From Candidatus Bathyarchaeota archaeon (GTDB taxonomy: Archaea; Thermoproteota; Bathyarchaeia; 40CM-2-53-6; RBG-13-38-9), in NCBI GenBank assembly GCA_963807605.1, contig CAWECG010000003.1, forward strand, positions 128,001 to 192,000: DNA of 64,000 nucleotides, given 5' to 3'. A program made the position numbers and the translations under genes. Below are positions 1 through 8,612 of the stretch, one piece after another. The notes below the pieces were generated by a model. The model worked only from the letters and a program-made list of their open reading frames with translations. It was not told where the DNA came from and ran no database searches. The number at the start of each line of letters is the position of its first letter. Positions within the stretch are counted from its first letter, which is position 1.

Positions 1-1
1 A

Positions 2-112
2 CACCCTAACCTTCTAAAGTGGGATGGAATGAAGTGGGAGGCTAGAAGGCCTGTGAATACTGGACCGTTGAACACTATAGAAGCTAGAATCACCCGAGCT
101 TCAACTGGGTGA
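2..112 (+). CDS. tnpB: 3' end of probable IS200/IS605-family TnpB (partial, runs off window)
   Basis: Frame 2 reads HPNLLKWDGMKWEARRPVNTGPLNTIEARITRASTG*, resembling archaeal TnpB C-terminal tails; it ends inside a right-end-like hairpin. Confidence 0.6.
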   Translation, partial: HPNLLKWDGMKWEARRPVNTGPLNTIEARITRASTG

Positions 113-119
113 GTGTCAA
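86..119 (+). mobile_element. IS200/IS605-type right end (subterminal hairpin followed by TCA/TCAA end motif)
   Basis: AGAA-TCACCC-GAGCTTCAACT-GGGTGA-GTG-TCAA; stem TCACCC/GGGTGA. Confidence 0.6.
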
Positions 120-598
120 GAGCTGTTGTGCGAATATACGGAGATTCTCCAATTCCTAGAACCTTCGGGAACAATCGAACTAAAAGTTCGGATGGTGTGG
201 GTGATGGCTTTGTCCATTTTTTTGCGCTCCTCCGGTATGAGTTTTCTAGGAGACGTAACTATCAACCTGCCTTTGCAGAAATGTTTGGGACCTATTGAGT
301 ACACTTCAACTGTTTCTGCTCGGTATTGGTGACCATTACGTTGTTTCGTCCACATCTCAAGATCTCGTTCAATATTCTCCACACGCCGCCTACCCGTATC
401 TGTAATGCTGTATTTTCCGTCTACTTTCCGAGCCATCGTGGGAATGAAACGCTTGAGGTGTTCTGCCAGCGTTCTGGAGGATACTGAAGACTTCTCCTGG
501 AGTTCATTGAAGCCTATGGGTGTATCTTCTGAAGCCGGTCCGCTTAGCACTCGATATTCTGCCTTCAGGTGCTTCTGCATATTCGGTAGTCCTCTCAT
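116..598 (-). CDS. Winged-helix (HxlR/ArsR-like) DNA-binding protein with C-terminal extension
   Basis: GFNELQEKSSVSSRTLAEHLK...KYSITDTGR wHTH pattern. Confidence 0.6.
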   Translation of the reverse strand: MRGLPNMQKHLKAEYRVLSGPASEDTPIGFNELQEKSSVSSRTLAEHLKRFIPTMARKVDGKYSITDTGRRRVENIERDLEMWTKQRNGHQYRAETVEVYSIGPKHFCKGRLIVTSPRKLIPEERKKMDKAITHTIRTFSSIVPEGSRNWRISVYSHNSS

Positions 599-655
599 AT
601 GTCAACCCTCCATTTCTCTACTTTTATCATCAAGTAAAGTAATAATGGAGGAATT

Positions 656-1192
656 GTGGATTTGACTGAACAAACCCTACCCAATAAATGGATTACTATT
701 AATGATTGGGAGCGGAGCCTTGGATCTGCTGGCATGGATTGGCTAGTGAATACTGTGAACTATCTACATAAGACTGTCAACCTTCGACTTCGTCAGACTG
801 CCATCGATATCTGGTGTGTAGGCAGAGTTCTAGCAAGGGAGAAGGAGTTGGTTGGGCATGGGAATTGGATGGACCACTGTAGGTGCTTTCACCCAGAGAT
901 CTCTCTTGATTCAATCGAGCGCTACATGAAGGTGGGTCAGATCTCAACAGACCAACTGCCAGCCTTATTGGACAAGACACCACAGCAGGCTTATACGATG
1001 CTGAGCCTGGCCAGGAAGAGATCATCTCTCCCCGCCCAGCCAGTAAAACAGGATAGAAGCAAAGCAAATTCCGCATACATGCGGAATTTCGAGGAGCGCT
1101 CCTGGAAAAGCGCTCTGACCGAGTGTCCGTACTGTTATAGAAGAATCAAGTTTGAGACTCAAGGCACTTGCGTGATTGCGAGACGTTTGTAA
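656..1192 (+). CDS. DUF3102-like mobile-element protein with C-terminal CPYC
   Basis: VGRVLAREKELVGHGNW...ISLDSIERYMKV resembles the DUF3102 consensus. Confidence 0.55.
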   Translation: MDLTEQTLPNKWITINDWERSLGSAGMDWLVNTVNYLHKTVNLRLRQTAIDIWCVGRVLAREKELVGHGNWMDHCRCFHPEISLDSIERYMKVGQISTDQLPALLDKTPQQAYTMLSLARKRSSLPAQPVKQDRSKANSAYMRNFEERSWKSALTECPYCYRRIKFETQGTCVIARRL

Positions 1193-1329
1193 ACCCTGAG
1201 CCTTCAACATATGCTGGCAGGGCACGGTTGACTAGAACCGTCGAATGACCAATGGGACCTAGTTCGAGGAACTGCAACAAATATTTGAGCGCGCGCGTAA
1301 AAGGTTCCAATATTGGATGTGAACACATA

Positions 1330-2067
1330 ATGAGTCGTTGCGACGGCAGGGCCTGGAAGTCTCCTGTTCTAGTGGAAAAATATCTTAAATGGGTTAGGAA
1401 AGCCGTACCTTTGAGTCCAGTTCAAATTGAGATGATGATGAGAGTCATATCTTCCAGGGAAGGTGGTGTCCATAGCTTTCTAGATCTCGGTTGTGGGAAT
1501 GGGATACTCGCCGCTGCGATTCTTCATTGCTTTCCAAAAGCTAAGGGCGTATTGCTTGACTTCTCTCTTCCAATGATTGAAGCCGCTCAAAGGAAGCTCA
1601 GAACATTTTCGCGCGCGTTAGAATATGTAATTGCTGATTATGGGGATCCTGGATGGATAGATTCTGTTGCCAGCTCCGTTCCATTTGATGTCGTTGTGTC
1701 AGGCTTTTCAATCCATCATCAACAGGATCGCCGCAAACAAACACTCTACAACGAGATCTACAAGGTATTGAAGCCGGGTGGAATATTTCTGAATCTTGAT
1801 CATGTCTCCTCGCCCACAAAATGGGTGAAAACCCTCTTTGACAATTACTTTATTGATTCTCTTCATTCTGTACTTGCAAAGAAGGGGTTCCGGAGGAGTC
1901 GAGAGCAGATTGTGAGTGAGTATTATGAACGCCCCGACAAAGCAGCCAACATACTTGCACCAGTCGAGGTGCAATGCCATTGGCTTCGACAGATAGGGTT
2001 TGAGGATGTGGACTGTTACTTCAAGGTGTTTGAGTTGGCTCTCTTTGGTGGAAGACGACCACTATAG
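1330..2067 (+). CDS. Class I SAM-dependent methyltransferase
   Basis: LDLGCGNG motif I, FDVVVSGFSIHH, LKPGG; ATG 1330 preferred over ORF-track 1252. Confidence 0.9.
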   Translation: MSRCDGRAWKSPVLVEKYLKWVRKAVPLSPVQIEMMMRVISSREGGVHSFLDLGCGNGILAAAILHCFPKAKGVLLDFSLPMIEAAQRKLRTFSRALEYVIADYGDPGWIDSVASSVPFDVVVSGFSIHHQQDRRKQTLYNEIYKVLKPGGIFLNLDHVSSPTKWVKTLFDNYFIDSLHSVLAKKGFRRSREQIVSEYYERPDKAANILAPVEVQCHWLRQIGFEDVDCYFKVFELALFGGRRPL

Positions 2068-2107
2068 CGCCGGCAGAAGTGGAGGGCAATACGCGACGTT
2101 ATGGTGA

Positions 2108-2473
2108 TCAACACGTAATATGAAAGAGGCCTATCACTCCACCCTTGGCTTTATTCCATACTTGGATTGCCTCAGGTGTAGGCAACAAGTCTACTTGGCA
2201 ATTCTTTCGCCGGAAGTAGTCAGCCGTTTCATCTGAAAGTCTTACCATGTCGCTTTGCCCCGTGCCTATGATTAGGCGTTCCGCCTCCCCTTCGTAGACG
2301 TATTTAGCTTCATCGAGAGAAATCGTGTGCGAGGTGCCGTAAACCGCCTTGGATAGCTTTTTCTTACGCTTTTTCGTCTTACCATCCAGCCGAATAATGA
2401 CATCATGCTCGAATACTTGCCCTTCAATGGTGATCGAGCCAAATTTTGTTTCATCGATTCGAGGCTTCATCAC
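2108..2473 (-). CDS. Mth938-like/DUF498 protein
   Basis: FGSITIEG..FEHDVII, LIIGTG, C-terminal HITC. Confidence 0.85.
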   Translation of the reverse strand: MMKPRIDETKFGSITIEGQVFEHDVIIRLDGKTKKRKKKLSKAVYGTSHTISLDEAKYVYEGEAERLIIGTGQSDMVRLSDETADYFRRKNCQVDLLPTPEAIQVWNKAKGGVIGLFHITC

Positions 2474-2625
2474 ATTCCCTTCCCTTTACACTCTACGTGC
2501 GCCTAGTTATTCATGTCCCCTCGCTGAGCGCGGTAGACACAATTACTATAGTCGCTCGCTAGCCAAGAAGGCCGATGATGACTAAATTGCGGTCAACCAT
2601 GTTGGATCATTTTTGCAGTAGTGTG

Positions 2626-3585
2626 CTATATTGAAAGAAACGTCCTTACCAAAGTAAAGGCAAGGATGCAACTCAGAAGGGTTGAGATCGTCGCTCCAGA
2701 TAAGATGACATATACTGTCCGTCTGTTTATCATAGCTATTTGCTTGGTTAAAGCCGCGCCAATAATGCTGCCCATCAACACATGAGTGATTGACATGGGT
2801 ATTCCCCATTGTGTGAGAATCCACACTAGCGTCGCGCTCACAGTCATACTTGTGAACACCCCTTGAGGACTTAAGACAATAAACTTCTCTCCGACCGACT
2901 TTGTTATTGTCTGACCGAGTAGAAAAATCCCCAGAATAGTCGATGCTGAAATTATCAGTATCACTATCGCTTGATATGACTGGGATACAAGAGGACCGTA
3001 CAGTCCATTTATGAATCCAACGTTATTCGCGCCTAATGCATAAGACACTACAAATATTCCCAGCACTACGCTGAGTTGAGTCACTAGATCGGCAATGGAG
3101 AGACTAAGTCTTGAAACAGTGACTACCACAAGTCGATATACGAACATGGTAAGAATGCCCGAGAGTAAAGGAAGCAAGAGCCATGATGCCACAACAACCA
3201 TCAGATAGTTTACTTGAAGGGCCAGATTCAACCCGATAATCGCACCTACTGATGCCCCCACAGCCAGTAGAGAAAGGCTAGAGGGAACGTGTATCATCGA
3301 GAATGCAAACAGAACCACAATGCTCGTCAAGAGGGTTGCGAGTACTATCGCCGTATTGATGGTCGAAGATGACGATTCAGAACTCATCAGACCCCCAAAC
3401 AGAGTATGACTCATCTTCGCACCTTCCATTAAGGCTCCAGCCATAACGCCCAGTCCTGCCATTATTCTGCCTCTGCTATATCCCAGGACTCCAGACCCGT
3501 AAGAAGCGGTAATGATCATCCCCGAATTATTCCAGCCCATGAGAAAGCCCAATATTGAACCGATCACAATTAAGATGTAAAACAC
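2626..3585 (-). CDS. pit: PiT-family inorganic phosphate transporter (divergent)
   Basis: Polytopic membrane protein with GWNNSG/GANNVG repeats and GIPMSITH; directly follows DUF47 gene. Confidence 0.8.
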   Translation of the reverse strand: MFYILIVIGSILGFLMGWNNSGMIITASYGSGVLGYSRGRIMAGLGVMAGALMEGAKMSHTLFGGLMSSESSSSTINTAIVLATLLTSIVVLFAFSMIHVPSSLSLLAVGASVGAIIGLNLALQVNYLMVVVASWLLLPLLSGILTMFVYRLVVVTVSRLSLSIADLVTQLSVVLGIFVVSYALGANNVGFINGLYGPLVSQSYQAIVILIISASTILGIFLLGQTITKSVGEKFIVLSPQGVFTSMTVSATLVWILTQWGIPMSITHVLMGSIIGAALTKQIAMINRRTVYVILSGATISTLLSCILAFTLVRTFLSI

Positions 3586-4278
3586 TTATCCATAACCTCG
3601 GATAATGAGGATAAATATCAAGTCACCTGCGTCCTTCGCGTTATCCGCTATTTGATCTGTAACATTAACAAAATTCCCTAATTGTATTATTCCAAGGGTA
3701 TCTCTGTTTTCAGATTTGCTGAAAAGGCTAGTCAAAAGGCGCGATTTGTATGCGTCTGCATCTTCCTCGACCTGCTTTATTTTATGCGTTCTTTCATAAG
3801 CTGTTTGTCTGTTTATGTTCAATCCTTTCACAGCAAAGTCCAAAGCATAGACCGTATCTCTGCACAGACTTAAAAATTTAACAAGATCATTTGTCCTAGT
3901 CAGACATTCAACGGTTGTTTTGTCGGGTTGCTCTTGAGTTAAGGTCGCCATTGCGTCTTTTGCAGTATCTGCGATGTCATCAATCTTGTTAATCAATTGG
4001 ATCAGTTCACTGAATATGCCTCCGAAATAGGAGCCCTCGCTAATCTTTTTGATGATGGATCTTTGTACTTCGTCAGCTTCATTTTCGAGAACATTCAATA
4101 CTCCGCCTATTCGATCCAGTTCCTGCCAATCCATGCGCTGTATTGGCTCGCAAATGCTCACCATCCGGTCTGCCATTTCCCTTACAATTTCTAAATGTCC
4201 TTCGATAAGATCGAATACAATATTCCTGCGATTGAGGGATTTGATCCATCTCATCATGCGCCTCACCAGCCATTTCAA
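3586..4278 (-). CDS. DUF47/PhoU-like phosphate transport regulator
   Basis: LENEADEV...DDIAD and EEDAD...DQIAD duplicated helical motifs. Confidence 0.85.
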   Translation of the reverse strand: MKWLVRRMMRWIKSLNRRNIVFDLIEGHLEIVREMADRMVSICEPIQRMDWQELDRIGGVLNVLENEADEVQRSIIKKISEGSYFGGIFSELIQLINKIDDIADTAKDAMATLTQEQPDKTTVECLTRTNDLVKFLSLCRDTVYALDFAVKGLNINRQTAYERTHKIKQVEEDADAYKSRLLTSLFSKSENRDTLGIIQLGNFVNVTDQIADNAKDAGDLIFILIIRGYG

Positions 4279-4367
4279 TGAACAACAGGGTCGTGTCTGT
4301 CACACATACTATAAACGGGCGCACACGTTACTGTCGCTATGGAGACTACCTTATAGTCCTCTGAGGC

Positions 4368-5177
4368 TTAATCTGGAATAACTATTTCATCAGCTGCCTT
4401 CTCTAGTTTGGGATAAGAGGGTTTCATCGCCTCTAGAGTTTCAACTATGATCTCACCGACAACAGAGTTGCGGTACCAATTATGATTGGCGGGGATAATG
4501 TGCCAAGGGGCATAAGAGGTGTGACATTCGGTAAGCATGCCTTCGAATGCTTTCACATAATCATCCCAGAGCTCACGCTCTTTAACATCGTTTGCGGAGA
4601 ACTTCCAATTCTTGTGAGGCGTCTGTCGCCGATCTTCTAATCGAACCTTCTGTTCGTCCTTTGAAATGTGTAAGAATAACTTCAGGATTGTTGTACCATT
4701 TTCTACGAGGTCACGCTCGAATTCGTTTATCATTCCATAACGCTTCCTCCATACTTTCTCAGGTACTAAATTGTGAACTCTTACAACGAGAACATCTTCG
4801 TATTGGGATCGATTGAATATGCCAATGAACCCCTTCTGGGGCACTTTTTGATGAATTCGCCATAGAAAATCATGAGATAATTCCTCAACTGAGGGCTGTT
4901 TGAAACTCGTTACTTGGACGCCTTGTGGGTTCACGCCACGAAAGATATGGCGGATCGTTCCATCTTTTCCGCCCGTATCGATCGCCTGCAGGATCACTAG
5001 AAGCGATTGCTTTCCTTCAGCATAGAGTGTCTCTTGGAGACGGTCCAATTTTTCTAGATTTTTTGTTAGTCTGGGCTCTATTTCATCTTTTTTCTTATAC
5101 GATCCTGTATAATTGGGATCATAGTCCTTAAGGGAGACTTTTTTATTGAAGGGAGGCACTATCGGTTGCTGAGGCAT
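4368..5177 (-). CDS. ppk2: Polyphosphate kinase 2 (class III-like)
   Basis: QAIDTGGKDG Walker A, FNRSQYEDVL, HISKDEQ. Confidence 0.95.
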   Translation of the reverse strand: MPQQPIVPPFNKKVSLKDYDPNYTGSYKKKDEIEPRLTKNLEKLDRLQETLYAEGKQSLLVILQAIDTGGKDGTIRHIFRGVNPQGVQVTSFKQPSVEELSHDFLWRIHQKVPQKGFIGIFNRSQYEDVLVVRVHNLVPEKVWRKRYGMINEFERDLVENGTTILKLFLHISKDEQKVRLEDRRQTPHKNWKFSANDVKERELWDDYVKAFEGMLTECHTSYAPWHIIPANHNWYRNSVVGEIIVETLEAMKPSYPKLEKAADEIVIPD

Positions 5178-5343
5178 AAGAGAATTCCTTCTGTTCTCTT
5201 ATTTAATTTTATTCTCGACAATTTGAACGACTATTCACACGACCGCGTTTCGCCTACGTTGTTGCAGTGAACCTCTTTCTATCTCTATTGTAGATGCTCT
5301 AGCGCGCGCTGGAACGATACTGGGATAAGTCCTTGCAAGGATT

Positions 5344-5667
5344 CTATTTCTTTTGTTCCCTTGCAGTAGCCAGATGGAGGCAGTATATTCCTAGTGCGAA
5401 GCTTCCTATCGAGAACACACCGATCGAGAATATGCCAATTGCAAAGATACCTATCGAGAAGATGCCTGCGGCGAAGATTCCAACTGAAAAAATGCCTGCG
5501 GCAAACACTCCTATCGCGAAGTTTCCAGCTGCAAGGTATCCAGCCGCGAACTGTCCAGCATCAGCAAGAGGGAGTCCACCTATTGTATAGACACCTGCAA
5601 GTCTAAGGACAAGGGCGATTAATAGAAGGACTACAGCCACAATTCCAGTAACGCTTTCCCACCTCAT
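5344..5667 (-). CDS. Small membrane protein with tandem [AS][AIV]G[IV]F pentapeptide repeats
   Basis: N-terminal hydrophobic helix followed by about 11 glycine-centred pentapeptides. Confidence 0.75.
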   Translation of the reverse strand: MRWESVTGIVAVVLLLIALVLRLAGVYTIGGLPLADAGQFAAGYLAAGNFAIGVFAAGIFSVGIFAAGIFSIGIFAIGIFSIGVFSIGSFALGIYCLHLATAREQKK

Positions 5668-5803
5668 GTTTCATCGTACCCCAAACTTGAAGGGATCTTT
5701 AGGAGTTATATCATTTTGCCATATGAATTCTATTGGCCATACTGAGTTCTCTAAGAGATTTCTGATAAGACTCCTACGCGCGCGTACTAATTGAGCGTGC
5801 ATT

Positions 5804-6214
5804 TCACATTCGCGAGTTGACATCTTCGAGTAATTTCGTAACCTTTCTTTCTATCTCGTCTCTTATCTCCCGGACCTTTTCTATCGGCAGTCCTTTCGGG
5901 TCTTCGAGATGCCAGTCCGTCACTTTTTTGAAGAGGGGTGCCGGACATATTTTCTCAACACTGCATCCCATCGTTATAACCTGGTCAGCTTCTTCCACCA
6001 TCTTGGGGGTTAGCAGCTTAGGCGCGTTCGAGGATATGTCAATTCCCCTCTCTTTCATAACCTCAACCACAATGGGATTCACCTTCTCAGCCAATCTAAC
6101 GCCGGCGCTCGAAGCGATCACCTTGCCTTTTCCATATTGGTTTGCGAAAGCCTCAGCCATTTGGCTCCTGCCAGCATTCTCAACACAGACGAATAACATT
6201 CGTTTCATGTCCAT
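5804..6214 (-). CDS. arsC: Arsenate reductase/low-molecular-weight phosphatase family
   Basis: LFVCVENAGRSQMAE P-loop, ITMGC, WHLEDP; start likely 6214 or 6208. Confidence 0.9.
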   Translation of the reverse strand: MDMKRMLFVCVENAGRSQMAEAFANQYGKGKVIASSAGVRLAEKVNPIVVEVMKERGIDISSNAPKLLTPKMVEEADQVITMGCSVEKICPAPLFKKVTDWHLEDPKGLPIEKVREIRDEIERKVTKLLEDVNSRM

Positions 6215-6255
6215 GCCATTTCCCTGCGTTCCAAGAATATGAGTGACGTTTGGTC

Positions 6256-6618
6256 CTACGCTCGTTTCCGCGTATACATACCGGTTAGGCATGTCGCCAC
6301 AAAGATCAAGACGAAAGGAATCCACGTTCCCAAAAGACTATCGAACATTCCAAGATTCTTGTTGACTAGTAGAGCTACAACAAAGAGGTCCGAAAGAATC
6401 ACAAAAGCGACAAATATGATTGCAGTCTGTAGCGGAGCAGTATAGCTGTATCTATTGAAGTAAACAAAAGATATTGCCACGGCAATGATTGGTGCAGCAA
6501 TTGCATGAATTATAATGGCATTCTGTAGAGACGTAATTTCCATGCCAATGCCCATAGTCATCCCGCAAAGCGCCCAAATTGCAAATGCAAATAATAGGAC
6601 AACGACAACCTTCCTCAT
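6256..6618 (-). CDS. Hypothetical 4-TM membrane protein
   Basis: 120 aa with four hydrophobic segments. Confidence 0.75.
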   Translation of the reverse strand: MRKVVVVLLFAFAIWALCGMTMGIGMEITSLQNAIIIHAIAAPIIAVAISFVYFNRYSYTAPLQTAIIFVAFVILSDLFVVALLVNKNLGMFDSLLGTWIPFVLIFVATCLTGMYTRKRA

Positions 6619-6902
6619 CGTCTTCTCCCGAAGTTTCAGTAATGAAAAAGGCTTATGAATCTTTCCTTGTGCTCAGGGCCTATGTGCCTCACATAGATTC
6701 ATATAATTACACATACTGTCTTTGTACAAGTTATTTATTGCGCTTGTGCGTTTTTTCTTACTGTATGTGCGTTCAAATCTTTGGTGTGTGTATGCAAAAT
6801 GAAAAATATTCAAAAGATAAGAGAAACCTTCAGACTTCACCGATCGTCTCTCAGTAAGCTCCTTGAAACTCTCAAAATGCGTGCTCGGTTTGTGGGTAAA
6901 GA

Positions 6903-7046
6903 ATGAAGAAAGAGATAAACAAATGCCCTAGGTGTCATACAGAGCTCGTCAGAAAGGCCTGGATAGCAGATTATACTGCTATTCTTGCAGACACATGTGA
7001 CCAATGCGGGTATACTGCGAAAATAAGATCCTTAGTGTATACTTGA
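6903..7046 (+). CDS. 47-aa zinc-ribbon microprotein (not in ORF track)
   Basis: MKKEINKCPRCHTEL...TCDQCGY...; two CxxC pairs. Confidence 0.55.
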   Translation: MKKEINKCPRCHTELVRKAWIADYTAILADTCDQCGYTAKIRSLVYT

Positions 7047-7088
7047 TTCCCTCCTGTATATGTGTCAAACTCAAGGCGGTGTAAAATC

Positions 7089-7400
7089 ATGACCCAAAAG
7101 GGGAGTATTCTATCAAAAATCTTTGCCGAAAACGTGTTCTACTTTTATGTTGATGTTGGTGTCTACGCAGATAGATATGCGACAAACCTAACAGATTTCT
7201 ATGATGCTTAGGGAGATGTCGACATCAGATCTACTGAATTCCACATGGGAAGAGGCGACTCTTAAAAGTGGATCAACTCTCTCGCAGAGTACGCGTTAGC
7301 AAAGGAGATTTTGAGGCTCACAAAAAAGGCATTAGGTGGAGAAAGCCTAACGTGTGAAACTCCGTGATACAGTTAACAAGAGACAAGCAATAGATCTTTG
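7089..7400 (+). pseudogene. DUF5752-like pseudogene
   Basis: FYFYVDVG...ATNLTDF...VDIRSTEFHMGRGD.KWI with in-frame stops at 7209 (TAG) and 7263 (TAA). Confidence 0.65.
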
Positions 7401-7621
7401 CGCTAAATGCAGCGTAACACGTCATCGGCAGATTTCTTCGGCAAACGTCGACAAAATATTCAGCAACAATATTCTTATTTTGTGCTGCGTCAGGCCAGTG
7501 CGCGCATATGAATTACTGTATGCATATAGATGCATCAATACTATGTGGCTAGAGCTTATGAAAGTGCCAGTGGCGTTATTATTCCACAATTGGAACTGGC
7601 GTCATAGGAGGTAGTTGAGGT

Positions 7622-7813
7622 TTGAACAGGTTGCTGATATGTCTTGGAGTCTGTGAGCACATTATCCTAACTGATCAGATTGAAGATGGATTCTGCCCTC
7701 GCTGCCAAAGTACCTTAGAGAGCCCTTTTGCTAGCCATAAATCCAGTCTTCATCCCGCGGATTTGTCAGATGGTGAAGATCACGTCACAGATATCCGAGA
7801 TGATCTCGCCTAG
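7622..7813 (+). CDS. Possible small Zn-binding protein
   Basis: CxxxCxH and CPRC; AGGAGGT upstream; overlaps next gene. Confidence 0.35.
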   Translation: MNRLLICLGVCEHIILTDQIEDGFCPRCQSTLESPFASHKSSLHPADLSDGEDHVTDIRDDLA

Positions 7814-8126
7814 GCGCTTCAGAGAGATTCTGCTTGAGGCTGTTGACTATGGCTTGGCCGTCCTTGGCGAGGGTGTCCGTCAAGCCATCTATGGTCATAT
7901 TGAGCGGAATTATGCCATCAGACGTGAAGAAATTCCTGAGCACCTTGAGACCTTTCATGAAGCTCTAAAGGAAATATTCGGCAGGGTAAGCAAGGTTGTT
8001 GAGAAGTTCATCGCCAAGCACCTCTATGAAAGGCTCGACCTGAACTTTTATGCACACCCAGACTGGACACTCCTCGAATATATTCGATGTGCGAGGAAAC
8101 AAGCCAGAATCCTGACAGAATTATAG
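7770..8126 (+). CDS. NitrOD5/DUF3227-like archaeal protein
   Basis: ILLEAVDYGLAVLGE..RQAIY.HIE...EIPE....F..ALKEIFG. Confidence 0.7.
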   Translation: MVKITSQISEMISPRRFREILLEAVDYGLAVLGEGVRQAIYGHIERNYAIRREEIPEHLETFHEALKEIFGRVSKVVEKFIAKHLYERLDLNFYAHPDWTLLEYIRCARKQARILTEL

Positions 8127-8612
8127 ATCGCTGTCAGCAATTTGATATCAGCTTTGATAAAACACGCAGATGAAAGGTATTTGAAAAAGGCTCGAAGATC
8201 AAAGGGAAAAGTATCGGACGCCCAGATGGGGAGGAACAATATCTGCCTAGACCATGCCCGGCGCTTGTCTAATCCTTTAGCTAGGTTCTTCGCTTTTTCT
8301 TTCTCGCGTACGGCGTGGAGGCATAACCCCCCCCTCATCTGTTCCGAGTATTTGTGAGATAGAATGCTACTGTACATATGCGTTAGATTCTGAGGATATG
8401 CCTAAGCATCTCGTGGAATTGCCAGGTCTTCTTAAGCACTCTCTATAGAATAGATATTTCATATATTTGCCATGACCAAATTCTAATACCACGGTGTCAT
8501 GAAATACATCAGAGATTTGACGCCAAGATAATGGACTACTAACTTCTGGGTTATGTGCTATTGAAGGTCTCCGATAACGTGATGCCTCTCAGTCTCTCTA
8601 CAAGAGCGTCAT

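Noticed and set aside
5333-5590. PIEKM-repeat ORF on + strand
   Set aside because: Antisense shadow of the glycine-repeat gene
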